Source of the DNA: an uncultured Janthinobacterium sp.
GTDB lineage: Bacteria > Vulcanimicrobiota > Vulcanimicrobiia > Vulcanimicrobiales > Vulcanimicrobiaceae
Direction: 5' to 3'
DNA: 13,836 bases
Assembly: GCA_964658025.1 (NCBI GenBank)
Contig: CAZZXB010000082.1
Location: forward strand, 1 to 13,836
Of the stretch, positions 7,545 through 13,836 are shown piece by piece. The notes below the pieces were generated by a model. That model made no database searches. It worked only from the letters and a program-made list of their open reading frames with translations, and was not told where the DNA came from. Every line of letters begins with the position of its first letter. The stretch's first letter is position 1. Position numbers and translations under genes: made by a program.

Positions 7545-8009
7545 GTGTGGGATTTTCCACGGCCACCCGCGATCGAAGCCGTCGCGCTTCCGGTGCGTGT
7601 GGAGCTCGGCGGGAGCGTCGTCGCCGCGACGACGCGCGCGCTCCGCGTCGTCGAAACCGCGGGCGCGCCGTGTTATTACATCCATCCCGACGACTGCGCG
7701 GCCGGGGCGCTGCGCGCCGCGGCGCGGTGGACGATCTGCGAGTGGAAGGGCGTCGCGATCGCTTACGACGTGATTGCGGGCGATCGGATCGTCCGCGAGG
7801 GCGCGTGGACGTACCCCGAGCCGCTCGAGGATCTCGGCATGGGGTACGAGCGCATCGCGGGGTGGTTCGCGTTCTACGCGTCGCGGATGGACGCGTGCTA
7901 CGTCGGCGAGGAACGCGTGCGGCCGCAACCCGGCGGATTCTACGGCGGCTGGGTCACGGACGATCTCGCGGGTCCGATCAAAGGCGAACCCGGAACCGAA
8001 GGCTGGTAA
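7545..8009 (+). CDS. DUF427 domain protein (start uncertain; the true start may lie at about 7419-7460)
   Basis: Family motifs SVWDFPRPP, RVVETAGAPCYY, TICEWKGVA, AWTYPEP, FAFYAS and PQPGGFYGGWVT..LAGPIKGEPGTEGW. GTG 7545 is the first canonical start after the DUF4242 stop, but family-like sequence extends upstream of it. Confidence 0.88.
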   Translation: MWDFPRPPAIEAVALPVRVELGGSVVAATTRALRVVETAGAPCYYIHPDDCAAGALRAAARWTICEWKGVAIAYDVIAGDRIVREGAWTYPEPLEDLGMGYERIAGWFAFYASRMDACYVGEERVRPQPGGFYGGWVTDDLAGPIKGEPGTEGW

Positions 8010-8025
8010 CGCCTCCTTACGGTTC

Positions 8026-8062
8026 GGCGCCGACGCGTCGGTCGCACGTCGGGGTCGGCGCC
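8026..8062. terminator. GC-rich hairpin between convergent genes (possible 3'-end or terminator structure without U-tract)
   Basis: GGCGCCGAC (8026-8034) / GTCGGCGCC (8054-8062), a perfect 9-bp stem with a 19-nt loop, filling the 54-nt gap between two stop codons. No U-run on either strand. Confidence 0.35.
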
Positions 8063-8063
8063 C

Positions 8064-9698
8064 TCAGATATCGACGTCCATCATGAAATCGAACGGCGAG
8101 AGCGAACTCGGTTCGAAATTCTTGAGATCGACGTTCATCGGATAGAGCGCGACGCTCTGCGCGATCGGAAACGTCGGGCATTCTTCGGCGACGATCGTCT
8201 GCGCGCGATCGAGGAGCGTCTTCTGCTCGGAACGCACGAGCGTTTGCGTCGCGCGCGTCAGGAGATCGGTGACTTCGGCGTTGCGGTATCGCAGATCGTT
8301 CTGACCTTTGGGTGGGATCCGATCGGCACCGTACAGGTTGACGATGCTCGTCGGATTCGCGGTGTTGCCCCATTGGAACGCGCAGATATCGAACTTCCCG
8401 GCTTGGACGATCCCGCCGTCGGCGAACGGCGCGAAATAGAGATTCGTCTGATACGTCTTCGTATCGAACGTCACGCCGATCGCCTTCCACGACGGGCGGA
8501 TGAGTTCGACCATGTGCTCCCACGTCGAACTACCCGCGCCGTACGCGATCGTAAAATGCAGCGAACGGCCGTCCTTCGCGCGCGTGCCGTCGGGGCCGCG
8601 ATGCCATCCCGCGCCGTCGAGGAGCGCGTTCGCGCGCGCGAGGTCGAACGGATACTCGCGGACCTTCGGATTATGGGCGAACGACTCGGGCGAGAGCACG
8701 CTCCAATTGGTCTCGCCCGCGCCGTTCAAGATCTTTTGGATGAGGGCGCTACGGTCGATCGCGTAATCGAGCGCCCGCCGGACCGCGACGTCCGAGAGGA
8801 TCTCGTTCGCGCAGTTCACATCGAGGTGCCACCAATAGACGGACGGCCTCCGCGCCACGGTGACGTCCGGGATCGCCCGCGCTTGCGGCAGTTGCGTCGG
8901 ATTCATCTGGAGCCAGAGGTCGACTTCGTGCGTCTTCAACTGCGTCATGAGCGTCTCGTCGCTCGGCACGACCTTGTAGACGATCTTCTTCAACTTCGGC
9001 AGCCCGCGCCAGTAATTCGGGTTCGCGCGGAGCTCGACCGATTGCCCGCGCTCCCACGAATCGACGACGAAGGGACCGATGCCGACGGGTTTCGCGTTGT
9101 AGGCGCCCGTGTTCGGATTCTGCCGGCCGACGATGTGCTCGGGGAGCAGACACGGATTCGCGCCGCCGGTCGAAAAGAACGTCGAGGCCCATCCGCTAAA
9201 GGTCTCGCGCAGGTGGAGGATCGCGGTGCGGGGATCGGGCGTCTCGACGCGCTCGATGAGCTCCCAGCCTTCGCGCGACGTGACGATCGTGTTCGGATCG
9301 AGGATGGTCTTCACGCTGAAGGCGACGTCGCGCGACGTGAACGCCACGCCGTCCGACCAATTCGCCTCGCGCAGTTTGAGCACGATCGTACGGCCGTCGC
9401 GCGTGATGAGGCCGTTCTCGAGCGTCGGGACCTCGCTGCACAACTCGGCGACGGGTTCGAACGAAGCGGTCGTGCGAAAGAGCCACGCACCCCACAACTG
9501 CGCGAGCCAGCTCGTCGACGCGTGAACGTTACCGAGCGGGTTGAGCGCGACGGGATCCTGGCCGTCGGCGTAGCGCAGGACGTGCGGTACGGTCCACGGT
9601 CGTCGTCCGCCCGTCCCCGCGCCGGACCGATCGGTATGCGCGCATCCGGGCAGGAGCGCGGACGCGGCGAGAAGTTCTACGGCCCGCTTGCGTTTCAC
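8064..9698 (-). CDS. ABC transporter substrate-binding lipoprotein, family 5 (peptide/nickel, OppA/DppA-like), 544 aa
   Basis: GTG at 9698 with GAGGA RBS. Signal peptide MKRKRAVELLAASALLPG|C with lipobox. SBP_bac_5 motifs LCSEVPTLENGLITRDG, WSDGVAFTSRDVAFS, PVGIGPF, ANPNYW, VRRALDYAIDR and LLDGAGW. Confidence 0.93.
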   Translation of the reverse strand: MKRKRAVELLAASALLPGCAHTDRSGAGTGGRRPWTVPHVLRYADGQDPVALNPLGNVHASTSWLAQLWGAWLFRTTASFEPVAELCSEVPTLENGLITRDGRTIVLKLREANWSDGVAFTSRDVAFSVKTILDPNTIVTSREGWELIERVETPDPRTAILHLRETFSGWASTFFSTGGANPCLLPEHIVGRQNPNTGAYNAKPVGIGPFVVDSWERGQSVELRANPNYWRGLPKLKKIVYKVVPSDETLMTQLKTHEVDLWLQMNPTQLPQARAIPDVTVARRPSVYWWHLDVNCANEILSDVAVRRALDYAIDRSALIQKILNGAGETNWSVLSPESFAHNPKVREYPFDLARANALLDGAGWHRGPDGTRAKDGRSLHFTIAYGAGSSTWEHMVELIRPSWKAIGVTFDTKTYQTNLYFAPFADGGIVQAGKFDICAFQWGNTANPTSIVNLYGADRIPPKGQNDLRYRNAEVTDLLTRATQTLVRSEQKTLLDRAQTIVAEECPTFPIAQSVALYPMNVDLKNFEPSSLSPFDFMMDVDI

Positions 9699-9765
9699 GT
9701 GGCGTTCCTCATCGTCGCCCCCGTGCGTGCCTGCGGTCGCGGCGCGTCGACGATGCGCGATCGCA

Positions 9766-10350
9766 TCATCGCCCGTTTTCGGGACGGGAATCGCTCGCGA
9801 GCCACGGATCTCCGATGGGAATGCGCGGCTTCCCGCGCGGGTACGCCCCTTCGGGATGCCGCTCGTTCCACGCCCGCGCGAGCATCGCGAGGTATTCGAA
9901 GTTCTCGTACTGACCGGCACCGCGCCGCCGCCGTAAGATCGCGACGACGGGCTCGAGGCAGTTCCAATAATAGACGACGAGTCGGCTGAAGATGTCGAGA
10001 AACGTCCCCTCGTCGATCAGCCGATTCTTCACGAGCGTTCCGACCTCGTTGAACCAGTTGCAGACGCCCATTTCGGGATGACGCCGTTCGTCGATGTAGC
10101 CGATCGCGGCGAGCTCGCCGCGATACGCGGCGTCGGAGAGCCGCGCGCCGAGATCGAGCTGGACGACGCGGAGCGCCTCCTGCATGTCGGGATGCCGTAA
10201 GTGATCCGAGAGGCGCAGGAGCGCGTCGAGTTCGTTACTCGCACGGAGGTGGCGTAGTTGGACGACCGCCGCGACCGCCGTGATGAGGATGACGAGGAAC
10301 GTGCCGCTCTGCACGAGCGTGTTGACGTAATCGAGCGCGTGCCCTTCCAT
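9766..10350 (-). CDS. DUF4760-like membrane-anchored protein, 194 aa
   Basis: ATG at 10350 overlaps the upstream TAA (TAATG). Single N-terminal TM helix (TFLVILITAVAAVVQL), then QLRHLRASN, CNWFNEVGTLVKNRLIDE and YENFEYLA, the pattern I associate with DUF4760. Confidence 0.8.
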   Translation of the reverse strand: MEGHALDYVNTLVQSGTFLVILITAVAAVVQLRHLRASNELDALLRLSDHLRHPDMQEALRVVQLDLGARLSDAAYRGELAAIGYIDERRHPEMGVCNWFNEVGTLVKNRLIDEGTFLDIFSRLVVYYWNCLEPVVAILRRRRGAGQYENFEYLAMLARAWNERHPEGAYPRGKPRIPIGDPWLASDSRPENGR

Positions 10351-11585
10351 TACTTCGTCTCGCACTCGGGCGATCGGACGCCCGCGACCTTCGCGTGCGA
10401 ACACCGCGTCGAGCGCGTCGTCACGTCGTACGGAACGTGCGCGGGCGTGACGATCCGCGCGACGTCGCGGAAGATCGCGTTCGCGACGCCCGGAGTCGGC
10501 TCGTCGATCTGCGACGTGACGAACGCGACGATCGTCGTCCGCTCCGCGGGCAGATAGTACGCCGCCGTATTATATCCCGCGAGTCCGCCCGTGTAGCCGT
10601 ACCAGCCCGCCGAACATCCGATGCCGAGTCCGAATCGCAGTCCGGGCTCGGTCGTCGCGCCGCACGCGAGTCGCGCGCGCTGCGTCGCGGCCCCGTTGGT
10701 CGTCCCCGTCACGTAGGCCTCCACCCACCGCTTCATATCCGCAACGTCGGAGACCATCACGCCCGCCGCCCACGTCAGCGACGGCGGGAAGAGCTCCGTC
10801 CGATCCTCCCAGCGTCCGTCGACGAGTTCGTAACCGTGCGCGTAGGGCTGCGGCATCGCCGGGTCCGTCGTCGGAAACGACGTCCGCGCCAGATGGAGTG
10901 GCACGAAGAGTCGCTCCGCGAGCACGCGTTCGAGCCTCTCGTGCGTGACCGCCTCGACGATCATCCCCAAGAGCAGATAATTCGTGTTACTGTAGAACCA
11001 TTTCGTTCCCGGCGCGAACAGGCGCGGCTCGTCGCAGGCCTCCTGCGTCAGCTTCACGCGGTCGACCGCCACGTTCGGTTTCACGCCGGCTCGCTGGAGT
11101 TCCGGGAGCGCGTAGACTTCGAAGATGCCGCTGCGCATCGCCATGAGTTCGCGAACGGTGATGTGCGCGCCGTCCTTCACGCGAACCGGCAGGGCGAAAC
11201 GCGAGATCGGATCGTCGAGCGCGAGTTTCTTTTCGTCGACGAGTTGGAGCAAGGCCGTCACGACGAACGTCTTCGTGTTGCTTCCGACGCGCACGTGATC
11301 CGCGAGCGAGAGCGGTCGAGCGGGAGCGAGTCGCGCGCGCCCGATCCCTTCGACCATCGACCCGCGACCCGGCGTCCACACGCCGAACAAGACGCCCGGA
11401 ACGGGCGTCTTGCCACCGTACGCCGCGAGATCGCGCGCGATGACGGCGCGGATGCGCGTCCGCATCGCCGCGGGTAAGGTGCCGACGGCCGTCGCCGTAG
11501 CGGCGCGCGTCGGAGCGAACGGCGTCGCGACGAACGCGAACGAAAGTGCCGCCGTCACGAAGGCGTGGAAGCGATGACGTCGCAC
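10350..11585 (-). CDS. Secreted serine hydrolase, beta-lactamase class C / R61 D-Ala-D-Ala carboxypeptidase family, 411 aa
   Basis: GTG at 11585 with AGGGGG RBS 7 nt upstream. Signal peptide MRRHRFHAFVTAALSFAFVATPFAPTRA. SxxK motif RVGSNTKTF, YxN motif FYSNTNY, ITVRELMAMRSG, AAGVMVS and GYTGGLAGY. Confidence 0.92.
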   Translation of the reverse strand: MRRHRFHAFVTAALSFAFVATPFAPTRAATATAVGTLPAAMRTRIRAVIARDLAAYGGKTPVPGVLFGVWTPGRGSMVEGIGRARLAPARPLSLADHVRVGSNTKTFVVTALLQLVDEKKLALDDPISRFALPVRVKDGAHITVRELMAMRSGIFEVYALPELQRAGVKPNVAVDRVKLTQEACDEPRLFAPGTKWFYSNTNYLLLGMIVEAVTHERLERVLAERLFVPLHLARTSFPTTDPAMPQPYAHGYELVDGRWEDRTELFPPSLTWAAGVMVSDVADMKRWVEAYVTGTTNGAATQRARLACGATTEPGLRFGLGIGCSAGWYGYTGGLAGYNTAAYYLPAERTTIVAFVTSQIDEPTPGVANAIFRDVARIVTPAHVPYDVTTRSTRCSHAKVAGVRSPECETK

Positions 11586-11919
11586 GGTGCAACCCCCTAA
11601 CGAATAACGAGCCACGTTTTTTCACGCGGGTTCCGCGGAAGCCTGGACGAGGCGCGGGCGATCGCCGTCGTCCGAGGGCGATACCCGAAACGCGTACGCG
11701 CCGACGCTCGTCCGTTACGATCGAACGCGTTTCGGAGCGCGCGACGATCGCGGATCTCGCGCGCGGCGGCCCCGTTCTCGCGATGCGTCGCTCGATGCGC
11801 GAACGGCCCTACGAAGCATCGCTTTCGGCCGGAGCCCGCGGAGGGAGCAAGGTCTGCGGCCCGCATCCAGAAAGTGGCCGGATTCCTCATCATCCGACCG
11901 GAGCAGATCGCGAGAGCAC

Positions 11920-12414
11920 ATGAGCGCAACCGATAGATTCGTCGAAAATAACGCGCGGTACGCCGCAAACGAGGGGCGCGGCGCGTTACCGATGCCCCCG
12001 GCACTGCACACCGCGGTCGTCGCGTGTATGGACGCACGACTCGACATCTACCGCATCCTCGGGCTCAAGGAAGGCGAGGCGCACGTCATCCGCAACGCCG
12101 GCGGCGTGGTGACCGACGATGCGGAACGCTCGCTCGTGATCTCGCAGCGGCTCCTCGGAACGACCGAAGTCATCCTCATCCATCACACGGATTGCGGTAT
12201 GCTCACGTTCCGCGACGACGAGCTCAGCGCGAAGATCGCGGCGGAAGTCGGGCAGAAGCCGCCGTTCGCGTTTCACGCGTTCGACGACCTCGAGACGGAC
12301 GTCCGTCGCGGCATGGCACGCGTGCGCGAGTCGGCGTTCGTCCCGCATCGCGATCGCGTTCGCGGCTTCGTGTTCGACGTCGCGAGCGGCCACCTCAACG
12401 AAGTGACGGGCTAA
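11920..12414 (+). CDS. Beta-class carbonic anhydrase (clade D, mycobacterial Rv1284/CanA-like), 164 aa
   Basis: Zn-ligand motifs ACMDARL and HHTDCGM; HVIRNAGG; SLVISQRLLGT; RGFVFDVASGHL. Confidence 0.95.
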   Translation: MSATDRFVENNARYAANEGRGALPMPPALHTAVVACMDARLDIYRILGLKEGEAHVIRNAGGVVTDDAERSLVISQRLLGTTEVILIHHTDCGMLTFRDDELSAKIAAEVGQKPPFAFHAFDDLETDVRRGMARVRESAFVPHRDRVRGFVFDVASGHLNEVTG

Positions 12415-12424
12415 GCTCCGTGCG

Positions 12425-13836
12425 ATGAAGCGCCGCGCGATCGTCGTCGGGTCGCTCGTCTCCGTCGCGCTCGCGACGGGCGCGGCGGACGCGCGGAGCA
12501 AGGCGTTCCGGTATCTCAATCCGGCGAAACTCGATCCCGTGCTCGGGAGACTGCTCTCGAAACGCGATCGACGGACGCTCGACGCGGCGTTCGCGGAGCA
12601 GGCGTTGCATCCGACGGCGACGGCCGCGACGATGCGCGCGGGCGCACCCGGTCCGACGATCCGCGATCCCGAAACGGGAGCGGCGGTCGACGTGCGCGCC
12701 GCAGTCGCCCGATCGATCGCGATCCAGCGCGCCTGGCACGCGCGCACGGGCGCGTCGCTCGCCGTCGGAGACGGCTCGGCCGCGCGTCCGGTCGATCTCA
12801 ACGCGCTCGCGAAAGCCCCGCCGCAAAAGGGTTCGTTCCGCGTGACGGGTCCGGTACGGGTGCCGATCGTGATGGCGACGCGCGACTTCGGCACGGGCGA
12901 TTGTCCGGAACCGCCCGAGGGGAGGGACGTCGGAAGCGCGCTCGCACGCGCTTGGAAAGCCGTCGGCGCGTATCGCGCGAAACCCGCGGACGTGGCGATC
13001 TGCTCGTTGCCGTTCGGCGGACTCGTGCGCGGTGCGGCGCGCGGCGTCGTGCTCTCGTCGTTGCCGCGCGCGAGCACGTGGACGTTCGGCGATCGGAAGA
13101 CGGCGCTCGGCACGTTCACCGCGACGCCGAACTTCATCCAATCGCAAGACGGGTTCTCGGCCGATCTCGACACGACGTTCCGCGTCGCGCTCTTGCGCGG
13201 CGCCTACGATCGCACGCTCGTGGACGGCTCGGCGCGGATCACGGTCCCCGACTCCGATCTCGGCTCGCCGAAGCGGATCGCGGCGACGGTCTCCGTTTCG
13301 GGCGACGCCTTTCCCAACAGCTCGAGCTTCACGACGACGCGCTCGCTCGGCGACGGGACGCTCGATTACGTCGGCGCGCCGACGCGCGACTTCACGTTCT
13401 TCGATTTCGCGCGAACGTTCGTCGTGGTGCCGCCGCCCTTTCCGCTGCGCATCCGAATAACCATGGCGCTCATCGGGAAGACGTCGCTCTCGTATACCGT
13501 CGACGGTGGCGCGGACGGCCTCTTCGCGATCGCGAAGCCGCACGTCGACGCGCGCGCGGTCGCGATCGCGAGCGCCGACGCGCTCATCACGCGAAGCGAC
13601 ATCGAAGCGAAGGTCACGGTGCAAGACGGAACGAGCGAGATCGCGACGCTGATGACCGTCGTGCCCTACGCGGGCGGGCGGTACGCCGTCGAGCGCCTCT
13701 ACACGAGCTACGCACCCGCGCACTATCGCGCGACGATCAAAGGGCGCATCCGGTACGGCTTCGGTTGGCTCAAATTCGCGATCATGGACACGGGCGATCG
13801 TCCGGTCTCCGTGCGAAATTTCGTCGACGACTCGGG
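12425..13836 (+). CDS. Secreted hypothetical protein, beta-strand-rich C-terminal half, at least 470 aa, truncated by the window end
   Basis: Not in the ORF track because there is no stop in the window. Hand translation from ATG 12425 is open for 470 codons with host-like codon usage (mostly G/C third positions). Signal peptide MKRRAIVVGSLVSVALATGAADA|R. It starts 10 nt after the carbonic anhydrase stop. Confidence 0.85.
   Translation, partial: MKRRAIVVGSLVSVALATGAADARSKAFRYLNPAKLDPVLGRLLSKRDRRTLDAAFAEQALHPTATAATMRAGAPGPTIRDPETGAAVDVRAAVARSIAIQRAWHARTGASLAVGDGSAARPVDLNALAKAPPQKGSFRVTGPVRVPIVMATRDFGTGDCPEPPEGRDVGSALARAWKAVGAYRAKPADVAICSLPFGGLVRGAARGVVLSSLPRASTWTFGDRKTALGTFTATPNFIQSQDGFSADLDTTFRVALLRGAYDRTLVDGSARITVPDSDLGSPKRIAATVSVSGDAFPNSSSFTTTRSLGDGTLDYVGAPTRDFTFFDFARTFVVVPPPFPLRIRITMALIGKTSLSYTVDGGADGLFAIAKPHVDARAVAIASADALITRSDIEAKVTVQDGTSEIATLMTVVPYAGGRYAVERLYTSYAPAHYRATIKGRIRYGFGWLKFAIMDTGDRPVSVRNFVDDS

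Noticed and set aside
11621..11872. Shared AGG-N17/18-GAA pattern upstream of both the serine hydrolase (11644-11621, minus) and the carbonic anhydrase (11850-11872, plus), possibly an alternative-sigma promoter
   Set aside because: Only two 3-nt half-sites with variable spacing and two examples; too little information to distinguish from chance without a genome-wide motif search.
160..12414. Idea that the cyclase is bicarbonate-regulated and linked to the carbonic anhydrase
   Set aside because: The genes are 9 kb apart in different transcription units. The cyclase has Asp (GDYFG) rather than the Thr typical of bicarbonate-responsive class IIIb enzymes.
2025..13723. Many long alternative-frame and antisense ORFs (e.g. 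2025-3131, 3031-4197, 8244-9989, 10395-11477, 11986-13173, 12395-13723)
   Set aside because: Arg/Ala/Pro-rich shadow ORFs expected from high GC and stop-codon scarcity. Each overlaps a gene with recognisable motifs or better codon usage and has no motif of its own.
1..13836. Search for CRISPR repeats, tRNA/rRNA, IS ends, integrase or phage genes, and a compositionally foreign island
   Set aside because: No regularly spaced repeats, cloverleaf or mobile-element motifs were seen. Composition appears uniform across the window.

Overview
High-GC (roughly 70% by eye), strongly CpG-rich bacterial chromosomal segment with 11 supportable protein-coding genes. I found no rRNA, tRNA, CRISPR array, integrase or transposase. 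Gene order: (+) class III adenylate cyclase-STAND ATPase-TPR protein; (-) Zn-dependent alcohol dehydrogenase; (+) secreted AcpA/phospholipase-C-family phosphoesterase behind a Pho-box-like 11-bp direct repeat; (-) Met-rich Spy/CpxP-like exported protein followed by a structured 3' UTR and terminator; (+) DUF4242 and DUF427 proteins; (-) a likely three-gene operon of secreted serine hydrolase, DUF4760-like membrane protein and family-5 ABC substrate-binding lipoprotein; (+) beta-carbonic anhydrase; (+) a >470-aa secreted beta-rich protein that is missing from the supplied ORF track because it runs off the window. The gene mix suggests Candidatus Eremiobacterota (WPS-2) or a similar soil lineage; this is an inference only. 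No clearly new multi-gene system is provable from the sequence alone. The best leads are the untracked secreted protein, the NLR-like cyclase, the Pho-box-like promoter, the 3' RNA structure and the serine hydrolase-DUF4760-SBP operon.
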